A stretch of DNA of 64,000 nucleotides from Calditrichia bacterium (GTDB lineage Bacteria; Calditrichota; Calditrichia; JAJRVZ01). The number at the start of each line of letters is the position of its first letter. Position 1 is the first letter of the stretch. The notes under the pieces were generated by a model. It saw only the letters and a list, made by a program, of their open reading frames with translations. It was not told the origin of the DNA and did no database searches. The stretch lies in assembly GCA_963796965.1 (NCBI GenBank), contig CAWCNS010000005.1, positions 416,001 through 480,000 on the forward strand, written 5' to 3'. Made by a program: the position numbers and the translations under genes. Shown piece by piece: positions 22,498-32,905 of the stretch.

Positions 22498-23637
22498 ATG
22501 GCATTTGACCAGATGATTATTTGGCTAATGGCGATCGGTGTATTAATTGGCGGAATAGACAGAATATTCGGCAATAAATTTGGATTAGGCGAACAATTTG
22601 AAGAGGGTTTCAATGCCATGGGACCGCTGGCGCTCGGGATGGTGGGCATCGTCACCCTGGCACCGGTGATTGCCAAATTATTAGGGCCTGTGATTATTCC
22701 GGTCTTTTCCTGGATCGGGGCAGACCCGGCCATGTTTGCAATTATCCTTGCTAACGACATGGGAGGCTATCCCCTGGCGATGGAGTTGGCAATAAACGAG
22801 CAGGCAGGCTTGTTATCAGGATTAATAGTTGCTTCTATGCTGGGATGTACCATTGTCTTTTCCATTCCCGTTGGACTTGGTCTGATTGAATATAAGGACA
22901 GGCCATTTTTTGCCAAAGGTTTGCTAATCGGTTTGATAACCGTACCCATAGGTGGCATCGTTGGTGGTTTAATCGCAGGATTTCCACCGGAAATGGTCGT
23001 AATCAATAATATTCCCGTCATTATTTTATCCATTCTATTTGTATTGGGGCTAATATTCATTCCCAAACAGATGATCAAAGGTGCCCTGATTTTCGGCAAA
23101 TTTATAGTTGTTGTCATAACGATTGGATTAGCGGCAGCAGCTTTTCAGCATCTTACCGGTGTTGTTATTCTTCCTGGTATGGCACCGATTATGGATGCCA
23201 TGGAAATTATCGCTCAGATTGGGATTATATTGCTTGGTACTTTTCCTATCTTGACACTTATCGTGAAAACGTTGAATAAACCGTTGACCAGACTTGGTCA
23301 AAAGCTAGGAATGGATGCAACCGGTGCTGCCGGTATTGTTATTACCCTGGCCAACAGTATTCCGGTATATAAGATGATGAAAGATATGAATCCTAAGGGT
23401 AAAGTAATTAATACGGCCTGGCTCGTACCGGCAACCGCCGCCCTGGGAGATCATCTCGGCTTTACCGCCGGGGTGAGACCGGATATGATAACCGCTGTTG
23501 TATTGGGAAAATTAGTTGCGGGTGTTCTTGCCATATTATTAGCCCTTGTATTTACCAGGAATCTAAATTACGAGATAGAGCAAAGTAAAAAAATGGCCTT
23601 AGAAAAATCCCCCGATCCATCCCGGGATAAAAGATAA
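22498..23637 (+). CDS. eutH: EutH-family ethanolamine permease
   Basis: 'DRIFGNKFGLGEQFEEGF..MGPLAL', 'GADPAMFA..LANDMGGYPLA', 'LGDHLGF'; about 10 TM segments. Confidence 0.9.
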   Translation: MAFDQMIIWLMAIGVLIGGIDRIFGNKFGLGEQFEEGFNAMGPLALGMVGIVTLAPVIAKLLGPVIIPVFSWIGADPAMFAIILANDMGGYPLAMELAINEQAGLLSGLIVASMLGCTIVFSIPVGLGLIEYKDRPFFAKGLLIGLITVPIGGIVGGLIAGFPPEMVVINNIPVIILSILFVLGLIFIPKQMIKGALIFGKFIVVVITIGLAAAAFQHLTGVVILPGMAPIMDAMEIIAQIGIILLGTFPILTLIVKTLNKPLTRLGQKLGMDATGAAGIVITLANSIPVYKMMKDMNPKGKVINTAWLVPATAALGDHLGFTAGVRPDMITAVVLGKLVAGVLAILLALVFTRNLNYEIEQSKKMALEKSPDPSRDKR

Positions 23638-23642
23638 AAGAT

Positions 23643-23899
23643 TAAACACAAAGTTCACAAAGTCCCGATATAAATATCTACATCATGTAGATATTTACGC
23701 CGAAGGGCGCATCTTCGATCGGGATGAAATCTTCCAAGATTTCAAAGGCACTAAGATCACAAAGAGAAAATTTTAAGGTTTTAAGTCTTGCTCACCCTAT
23801 ACTACTTATTTATAGCGATGGTTTATTACTAACCAAGATAAAATAAATTAATTTTTTTCTTTGTGATGCTCTGAGCCTGCTTTGTGTGCTTTGTGTTTA
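23643..23899. repeat. CACAAAG-unit inverted repeat with an 82-bp hairpin module (23663-23744) inserted in the left arm
   Basis: Left arm TAAACACAAAGTTCACAAAG|insert|AAGGCACTAAGATCACAAAG; right arm CTTTGTGATGCTCTGAGCCTGCTTTGTGTGCTTTGTGTTTA. Confidence 0.85.
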
Positions 23900-23940
23900 T
23901 TTTTATTTACATAATGCACCTTATAAAGGATTAAAATAGA

Positions 23941-25431
23941 ATGAACAAATATTACTTGGGAATCGATCAGGGTACCACAGGAACAACCTCAATCATTTTT
24001 GATGAGAAATGGCAGATCAGCGCCAGGGGTTATACAGAGCATCAACAACATTATCCCCAGCCAGGATGGGTCGAGCATGATCCCATAGAGATCTGGGAAA
24101 AAACAAAAGAATCCATTAGGCAAGCATTAGATGCAGCGGAGTTGAAGGCCACGGATTTACGCGCCATCGGATTGGATAACCAGGGTGAAACCTGTATGGC
24201 CTGGGATAAAGTAAGTGGAAAGCCGGTATATAATGCCATTGTTTGGCAGGATAGAAGAACCGCACATGCAGCAGATAAACTGAGTGAAACACATGGTGAT
24301 ATGATCACCCAAAAAACCGGAGTGCAGGTAGATGCCTATTTTTCGGCCCTAAAGATAAAATGGATATTGGACAATGTGGAACAAGCAAAGAATCTGAGTG
24401 AAAAAGGTGAACTATTAGTTGGCACCCTCGATACCTGGCTTCTCTGGAAATTAACCGGTGGCGCCCTTTATGTCACGGATCCTTCGACCGCTTCCAGAAC
24501 AATGTTGTTCAATCTACATACCCATCAATGGGATGAGGAAATATTGGAACTCATCGGCATTCCAAAAACAATCCTTCCGGAAATTAGGGATAGTATCGGG
24601 ACCTTTGGCTATACGTCTGCGGATTCATTTTTTGGTGCAAAGATTCCCATAGCCGGAAGCGTGGTCGACCAGGCATCCGCGCTTTTCGGACAAGCCTGTT
24701 TTGAAAAAGGTTCTGTAAAAACAACCTATGGAACCGGTTGCTTTATGCTCATGAATACGGGTACTAAACCGGTGCACTCACAGAATGGATTGATCACCAC
24801 CGCCGTATGGAGCCTTAACAATGAAATAACGTATGCTTTGGATGGCGGTGTTTATATTACCGGAGCTGCTGTACAATGGCTAAGGGATGGTCTTAGAATC
24901 ATCAAGACAGCCGCTGAGACGGAAGATCTTGCCTTATCGGTACCTGACACAGGTGACGTGTATTTTGTACCTGCTTTTGTGGGATTAGCAGCGCCCTATT
25001 GGGATCAATATGCCAGGGGTATGTTAATCGGCATCACCGGCGGAACCACCCGGGCCCATATTGTCAGAGCAACCTTAGAAGCGATTGCCTATCAGGTGGC
25101 AGAGAACCTGGCCGTCATGAGGAAAGATTCAGGCTTAGCCATTGATGCCATGCGCGTTGATGGCGGTGCTGTTGTCAACAAATTCCTGATGCAATTTCAG
25201 GCTGACATATTGGGCATTCCGGTACAGGTACCGATAATTCATGAGACGACAGCACTCGGTGCCGCCTTTTTAGCCGCACTTGGAGTGGGTGACTTTAACA
25301 ACCTGGATGAAATTGCAGAAATATGGAAATTGGATAAAACCTATGAGCCCTCTTTTAGTGCAGATAAAAGAGATGCCTTATTGGAGAAATGGAAAAAAGC
25401 GGTTGAGCGTTCCAGGGCCTGGGCGGAATGA
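23941..25431 (+). CDS. glpK: Glycerol kinase
   Basis: DQGTTGT, GWVEHDP, NAIVWQDRRT, YFSALK, TYGTGCF, VPAFVGL.APYWD, VDGG, ETTALGAA. Confidence 0.93.
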   Translation: MNKYYLGIDQGTTGTTSIIFDEKWQISARGYTEHQQHYPQPGWVEHDPIEIWEKTKESIRQALDAAELKATDLRAIGLDNQGETCMAWDKVSGKPVYNAIVWQDRRTAHAADKLSETHGDMITQKTGVQVDAYFSALKIKWILDNVEQAKNLSEKGELLVGTLDTWLLWKLTGGALYVTDPSTASRTMLFNLHTHQWDEEILELIGIPKTILPEIRDSIGTFGYTSADSFFGAKIPIAGSVVDQASALFGQACFEKGSVKTTYGTGCFMLMNTGTKPVHSQNGLITTAVWSLNNEITYALDGGVYITGAAVQWLRDGLRIIKTAAETEDLALSVPDTGDVYFVPAFVGLAAPYWDQYARGMLIGITGGTTRAHIVRATLEAIAYQVAENLAVMRKDSGLAIDAMRVDGGAVVNKFLMQFQADILGIPVQVPIIHETTALGAAFLAALGVGDFNNLDEIAEIWKLDKTYEPSFSADKRDALLEKWKKAVERSRAWAE

Positions 25432-25506
25432 TAAAATGCGTGTAATTGGGGATTTGGAATTGGGAATTTTTTATTCATAAATACCAACTGCACGCCTGGG
25501 GTATAC

Positions 25507-28130
25507 TCATTTAATTTTTTGATCATATTTTTCAATTAAATTCTGATAGCGCGGATTATGATTCAATTGATCATATAGGGGATTCATTTTAAGCCAGTGT
25601 ACAGATATCCATGAAGGGATCCTCAATAATAGTTCAATCTGATCTAATGCAGAATCTTCGTCACCAATTAAAATATAAATTCGAGCAAGATCTTCAACAT
25701 AGGCTATACCATAGAAAGCGTCTTTGGATAGAGGCAGCAGATCAGTCGCTTTATTACCCTCATATAGCGCATCATCATAACGTCCTAATCGGGCATAGAC
25801 TAGGCCCAAAGAACTATGATAGCGAGGATCTTCAGGCCACTTTGCAACCTCAGGTTCTAGTAATACCTGTGCTTCCTTATATTTTGGAAGGGCCAAATCT
25901 TCCTTTCCCATATAATCGTATAACATTGCTTGCATCATAGACTTGGGCATTGCCCACACTTTGTTACGAATCCAATCACCCTTATAAACAGCAAGTCGGT
26001 TCATTGCATTGATATATTGGCGTTCACCAACATCCTGCCAAAACCAGGCCCAGGGAATCCAATGATAGTCTGCGTGAACCGATTCAATGGCATGCTTTGA
26101 CTCCTCATTGACACCTTTCCAGCACCAGATTGAAAAAGCCTTGTACAGATAAGGCCAATTCTCATTGGGTGCCAGAGAAATGGCCTGATTACACATATCA
26201 ATGGCGTGGGAATAGTCTCTTTTTACCCAGAAAGAATATGCAAGAGAGGTGAGAATAGATGCATCACGGGGATTGAACCTAAATGCCTTCTCGTTAGCTT
26301 GTATAGCCTCGTCCCACCGCCCTTGTAATTCATATACATTTGATTTAGCAATCAAAATTCTCGAATCATCAGGAATTATATGCTCTGCCTTGGCCCAATA
26401 CTCAAGCGCCTTGTCTATATCCCGATGAGCCCAGAGATGATAGTAGCCCAAAGCAAGGAGTACTTCCTCTGATTCTGGTAATAGATCTTCTGCTCTTTTA
26501 GCAGCTATTTCAGCATTCAATAATCGTTCTTTGGAAAGGTCATGTCTTAAAAATCGCAAACGGGCATGCGCGCTAGCCAGCCGGGCATAAGCTACGGCAA
26601 ATTTAGGATCAAGTTCAACGGCACGCTCGTAACTTTCGATCACCCTTTTCCAATTATCGACAGTAAAATGAGGACTTTTTGCATAATAACGCCCCTGAAG
26701 GTATGCCTGATACGCTTCAAGATTTTTAGTCGGTCTTGTTCCAACAGTTATTTTTTCGGTTCGCTTAAGTGTGATACCTAGCTGTTGAACAACCTCCGTG
26801 GCAATATCGGATTGAATGTCAAAGACATCATCAATCACTCGATCATAGGAATCCGCCCAGAGTTGGGTATCATCCGAAACCTGAATGAGACGAGGCGTGA
26901 CTCTTACACGATTTTTATCTATACCAGAAGTAGCCCAGCGGACAGTTCCCGCAACAATGTATTCTACATTTCAGCTCTTCACCAACTTGTTTCGTAGTCC
27001 AAGATTTTCCTGCATAATGATTTGCGCTGTTACGTGAAATAACACCAATGCTGGACACTGTCCCCAGACGTCCAGTAATTTCATCGGTAATTCCCTCTGT
27101 GAAATATGTATGATCTGACCTCCCCCAGATTCTCAAAGGGCAGTACAACCAATGTGACTTGTTTTGAGTCAGATGGTGTCTGTTGCATAGGCAGAATTAA
27201 GAGATAAATGAAAACTATCGCCAACATCACAACAAATAATGCCGAAAGAACAGGGGTAGCAATTCTTTTATTTCTCCACTTTTGCCCAAAAAACTTATAA
27301 AAAACATTTTCCTCTATGTTTGTTGAACTATGTTGTAGATCATCAATAATCTCCTGGAAATTCTGGTAACGAAGATTTTGGTCTTTATGAAGACATTTAT
27401 TGATAATTGATTGCAGTTTTGAAGGAGCGTCCTTGTTTAGATCAGCCAAGGCTTTTGGTTCTTCGTTAAGAATAGAATACACGACAGCTTGATCATAATC
27501 GCCCTTAAAGGGTGTTTCTCCTGTAACCATTTCATAGAATACAACACCTAAAGACCAGATATCTGTCCTATGGTCAACACCTTCACCTTTTGCCTGTTCT
27601 GGAGACATATAGGATACGGTTCCTAACGTAGTCGATTCTTTTGTTAGTTTCGTTTGTGTCGATAATTTCGCTAATCCAAAATCAAGTACCTTGACCACAC
27701 CTTCCTTAGTGAGCATGATATTTGCAGGCTTTATATCTCTGTGGATAATTCCATTTTTATGTGCTATTTGAAGCCCCTGGGCTATCTGCACCGTGTAATC
27801 AATCGCTTCATTAATCGTTAATCTTTCAACTTTAATCTTATCTTCCAGGGTTTCACCTTCGTAACACGCCATTGAAATGAATAGTTGTCCATCTTCGGTC
27901 TCATCAATTTCGTGGATAGCACAGATGTTGTTGTGATCCAAGGCTGAAGCGGCTTTAGCTTCGTGGATAAAGCGTTGTTTTTCTTCTTCACTGGTGGTGA
28001 GGTGTGGGGGTAAGAATTTAAGGGCAACAAAACGATCCAGTTTCAGGTCCTGGGCTTTATAGACGATGCCCATTCCACCGCTGCCGAGTTTATCGAGGAT
28101 TTTGTAGTGAGATATGGTTTTACCAATCAT
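25507..28130 (-). CDS. Membrane Ser/Thr protein kinase - TM - TolB-like - TPR receptor, copy K1 (frameshifts near 27120 and 26980)
   Basis: [35 protein letters not shown] helix; 'LVVLPFENLG'; TPR-rich ORF 25507-26838. Confidence 0.85.
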
Positions 28131-28249
28131 TTTTTTTGTCCACGAATTTCTTTTCTAAATTTTTATATATCTCTTTTCACAATGACTCATATGCTTCTGT
28201 GAACAATAATCCTAAAAATTGACCACATGTTGAATAGTCCATTTCATAT

Positions 28250-28500
28250 TACAAATTCCTAATTACCAATTCCTAATTACCAATCTATAATCTCAAATCG
28301 GGCATCCCGTATCTCGTATCCCATATCAATTCCCATTTTCTAATTCCAAAATATAAAATATCCGGCATCGAGAATCGCGTATCCCCGATATAATCATTTC
28401 CCTCCGGAAAATATATAGGGATCAAATCTTCCAGGATTTGACCAGCATGCAGTATCAAGAATCAAGTATCCAGCTCCCAATTTCCAAGTCCAAATAAATT
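28250..28500. repeat. Degenerate 7-bp tandem-repeat tract containing a CCCGAT/TCAAATC hairpin module (28383-28441)
   Basis: CCTAATT/CCAATT(A) and CCGTATC/TCGTATC/CCATATC/CAGTATC units. Confidence 0.75.
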
Positions 28501-28513
28501 TTCATATTTTGGA

Positions 28514-31512
28514 TTATTTATTTTGTATTTCCAACCCGGCTAACCGTTTTTTTGCTTCAATATATTCTGGCAAATCTTTATCAGCATTTTTCCAAAGGTC
28601 CAGGAATCTTTTATATTCTTTGATTGCCTTTTCAGCCCATTTCTTATCTTCATATAATTTGGCCAGGCGGTAGTGATAAATTGGATGAATAATACACCAG
28701 TATCGGCTATCTTTATCAAGAATTATCATTTTTTTGTAAGTTGCTATAGCATTATCTATATCACCTTTTTGTAAATAGGCTTTTGCTAGACCATCTTTCT
28801 CATACGGAAAATTGATAGCCATAAAATTCCATTGAAATGCAAATGGTATATCCATTGGAGAGATATTATGGTACTTTTCAATTGCTTTATCAAGTGAATC
28901 CTGGGCAAGAAATATATCGGCATTTAGCAAATCGTAACATGTATTTTGCTCTAATTTTGCCATTTGGTGTTAGTGTTGGAAATAAATCGTTTAATTTCGT
29001 AACTTTAATTTCGCTGAATCTATTTGAGATTTGCTTTAGATAAAGTGATTCCAAGAAAAAAAGCACGATCTGATTTATAGTTAGTTAAATATCTGGGAGA
29101 ATTCCTTGTTTCGATAATTAAAGTAATTATTATATAATATCTTTGCATTGATTCAAATTTACTTTGATCAAGCAATATCCAGGCCTTCAACCAGTCTACT
29201 ATGAGCAATGGCCCTTTTATAACCCACGATTTCTGCAAACTCCAATGCATTTTTGAAGATCATCAAAACTCTGTTTCACTATCTCCCTGCCAGTAATTTA
29301 GTAATCCCCTGATCCAGTATCCCCGCGCTTTTCTACCCGTAGAAGGTGCATTTTCAATATATTTATCAATCCAGCGAATTGCCTTCACTAAAGTCTTTTG
29401 AATAATAGCATATATATAACTTAGCTTAATTCTGAGCCAAAATCAGGTTTTGCTTCAACAGCTTCTTTATATTTTACAATAGCTTCATCAATTTTTCCCA
29501 TTCTTAAATAAAATTCTGCCATCGAATCAAAGGGATTAGCGTCACCGGGTAAAAGAGATGTATACTTCTGTAAATATTCATTTGCTTTTTCAAAATTACC
29601 CAGATCGCCATATAGATAGGCCAGAGCAATTAAATACTGGTCCATAATTCGGATCTAATTCTAATGCTTTATTAAACTCATACGATTGCTTTTTCATACA
29701 TTTTTTTTGAATCATAATATACTGCCTAAATCATAATAGTACCCTTTTTTCTTTAGGATATTTTTTTGCCATCTCATTAAGAATTTGAAATCTTTTGTCC
29801 GGATCTTTTTCAATTCTTCTGGCATAATAGGCTTCAATATATAAGCGATCTTTATCTGTAGCATTTTTGGAAAATGTTTTTGCCCTCTGATAGTTAAAAT
29901 CTCTATCATCATAATTACCCAGAGAATGATTTGCCCAGGCAAGATATAAATACGCTACCGCAAAAGTTGAATCTAATTGTACAGCCTTTTCAAGAAATTT
30001 CGAGCATCATCATAATACATTTTTTCATAATCTTCTCTTCCTCTTAAGAAATAATTATAGGCTTCCATCGAAGGAGTTGTAATATCTGAAATACGTATTT
30101 GCGTTCCGCCTATGGTTTTTTCAGATACCCCCACGCTCTTGAGATTGCCTGGCTAAGTTCATCGATCTGGTTTTGCAAAATACTGCCAACTCCTTCACCT
30201 TTTGAACTGGCACTTTTCAGGAGTCTTTTACTTTGTACATCCAAAACTTTAACATCGGTGGCAAAAACATCTCCCGCTTTTACAAAACTTCCCAGGATAA
30301 TAGATTCAACACCTTCCAGACGGCACAATTCAAAACCCAATTCTTTGTCGATAATTTCCACATTTTCTCTGCCCAGTTGTTTTAACAGATCATACATACG
30401 CTCCCAGGAAATCACCCGCAGATATTTTGATTGTTCCAGACTGGTAATCAAGTAAATTGGGAATGGCTTCCTGTAAATAATCATAAGATTTATCACCGGT
30501 TTGATTTTTAAAACTGATTACACGATTGGTTTAGGTTCAGTGAAAGGCATTTCTTCAAAAAATAATATCTTTCCCAGAACAAGAATGATAGCTATTAAAT
30601 AGAATTATTGAAGAGCCTGATTACTATTTTCCTAATTGTTTTTTCGTTGATGCTTTTTTTCCTTTTTCAACGGGGTTGAGAGGGATTGATGGGTCAGAAT
30701 CCTTTATCAGACGCTTTAAATCAACTAATAATTCGTCCATATGCTGATAACGTTCATCCGCATCTTTCGTCAAGGCTTTATTTACAATCCGTTCTAATTC
30801 TATTGGAATCCCGGTTCTCAAAGCAGTCAGTGATTCCGGTGATTCATTGATAATTGAATACACTACCGCTTGTTCGTAATCACCTTTAAATGGTTTTTGT
30901 CCGGAAATCATTTCATAAAGCACAACACCCAGAGACCAGATATCACTGCGATGATCAACCGCATCTCCCTTAGCCTGTTCAGGTGACATATAGGCCACAG
31001 TACCTAATGTCGTTCCTTCTTTAGTTAATTTTAGTTTGTCCTGATAATTTAGCTAAACCAAAATCTAATATTTTAGCCTCTTCATCATCATTAATTAATA
31101 TGTTGGCGGGCTTAATATCTCTGTGTATAATACCTTTGGCATGCGCTTTAGTCAGCCCATTAGCAATTTGTTTGGCAATGTTAATCAATTTTTCTAATTC
31201 AAGGGGTCTCTGATCAATTTTTTTTCTTAATGTTTCGCCCTCATAAAAGGCCATAACGATAAACATTTGCCCATCTTCCGTTTCGTCAATCTCGTGTATA
31301 TTACAAATATTACTGTGCTCTAAACCTGATGCGGCTTTAGCCTCAAATATGAAACGCTTTTTTTCCTCTTCATCTTTGCCCAAATGGGTTGATAGAAATT
31401 TAATTGCTACGGGTCGGCCAAGTTTTAGATCTTCTGCTTTATACACCACACCCATACCACCGCTACCGATATGCTCTAAAATTTTATAGTGAGATATAGT
31501 CTTGCCAATCAT
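28514..31512 (-). CDS. Membrane Ser/Thr kinase - TM - TolB-like - TPR receptor, copy K2 (divergent subtype; multiple frameshifts)
   Basis: MIGKTISHY start at 31512; [20 protein letters not shown]; 'LITSLEQSKYLRVISWER'; TPR pieces down to 'FLDLWKNADKDLPEY'. Confidence 0.8.
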
Positions 31513-31604
31513 ATGCAATGCCTATAGCTGTAGATGGATAAAAATAATATGTTAAATCAGTTTGAATTGCCGTTAAAATAGAGAAATAGAAAGGAATACA
31601 TAGT

Positions 31605-31633
31605 AAACTAATTATGATAGGTACAAATGGCAA
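31605..31633 (-). promoter_or_regulatory. Putative sigma70-type promoter of K2
   Basis: TTGCCA-17 bp-TAGTTT, at the same position as the two motifs upstream of K4 and K6. Confidence 0.6.
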
Positions 31634-31781
31634 GCAGAAAATAAAGTATACAGGAGTGTAGAGTTAAAGAGATTAAATTATATGGCGTCTCTTAATTAAG
31701 TGCCAGAGAAGTTATAGACAAATAAAAATTTAATGCCACCCTATGATTTCCAATATATAGCGAGCATGAAATTTAGTTTTT

Positions 31782-32540
31782 TTAGTTCTTGATTGTAGTA
31801 AAAATACTGCTCCACCAATGTGTATCGTCTTCACCTCTAAATCCAGCCTGTATATGTGGTATTTTGATGCTATTTACCTCAATTTCACCACTTAAAATTA
31901 TGTAGTACTTAGGATATTCTGTTGGTTCTCGTTTTATTCCCCGCATAGCAAAGGTGACAGTATCAATATACAGAACCAATTCACCTTCATAATAATCGTG
32001 AGACACTAAATCGGACATTCCATTAAAAGTCAGTGCGTAACATTTTCTACCATCATATTCAACCACAACTACCTTATCTTCAACCGTCACACCTGATGTT
32101 TTAAGTTCCATGGGCAAACCAAAATGACAGGTGTGATGCACTTTAAAACCGGAAGTATTCTCTTCGGTAAGACCATACTTTTTCGCTAATTCTTCTGAAG
32201 GATCAGTATCTTCGTTAATTGCATAGAAGTACTTTCCATTTTTGAATCCCTTGATTGCTTTTAAATCACCATCTATTCTTGTGCATTTGTAGTAATTCTC
32301 TGGTTTATTAATTTCTATCACTTCTTCAACCACTCTGTTTTTACCGATGACAGTAACCATATGCATTATCCCCTTGTATGAATCCCACTTACCATGAGGA
32401 TCATGATATGCTATTGTTTTTTCCCAAAGTTCTTCACCCTTTATATCAGTTTCTTCTGGTTGCATTTTTTGAGCATTCGAAAGAGAAGTCATTGTTAAAA
32501 CAAGAGATATTGTGACAACTAACCGAAATAAGTTTTTCAT
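31782..32540 (-). CDS. Exported protein, DUF6503-like (LolA-like fold)
   Basis: Signal peptide; 'KTIAYHDPHGKW'; 'HFGLPMEL'; 'GEIEVNSIKIP'. Confidence 0.6.
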   Translation of the reverse strand: MKNLFRLVVTISLVLTMTSLSNAQKMQPEETDIKGEELWEKTIAYHDPHGKWDSYKGIMHMVTVIGKNRVVEEVIEINKPENYYKCTRIDGDLKAIKGFKNGKYFYAINEDTDPSEELAKKYGLTEENTSGFKVHHTCHFGLPMELKTSGVTVEDKVVVVEYDGRKCYALTFNGMSDLVSHDYYEGELVLYIDTVTFAMRGIKREPTEYPKYYIILSGEIEVNSIKIPHIQAGFRGEDDTHWWSSIFTTIKN

Positions 32541-32905
32541 GGTTCTATCCTTCCTTTAAATATGATATGATAGACTTATAGTATAATAGAAACTTAGAAC
32601 TAAGAAATTCTCTCAATAAAAATGGTAGGGAAATCTATCGTCTTCTGGATGAGGTCAATGATAAGTATGAAAAGTAGTTTCGTGTGAGTATTATAGTTTA
32701 CTGAATGATCGAAGAATATGCTATAAAAATATTGAATTAATCCAAGCAGATTCCCGAGTTGTGTGAGGTTAGAGGGTGTTGGTGAAGGTCTTTTATGTGA
32801 GTGCATTGGGACAGTATTGGATCGTGGCTATTGGAAGAGGGTCGCCCTCATTCTCACTAAACTTCAGGAGAGTGAAGTCAGTGACATTCCCACTACCAAG
32901 ATACT

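Noticed and set aside
25545..25552. att-site duplicate of the tRNA-Glu 3' end (TAGCGCG)
   Set aside because: Only a 7-bp match inside K1 coding sequence; expected by chance.
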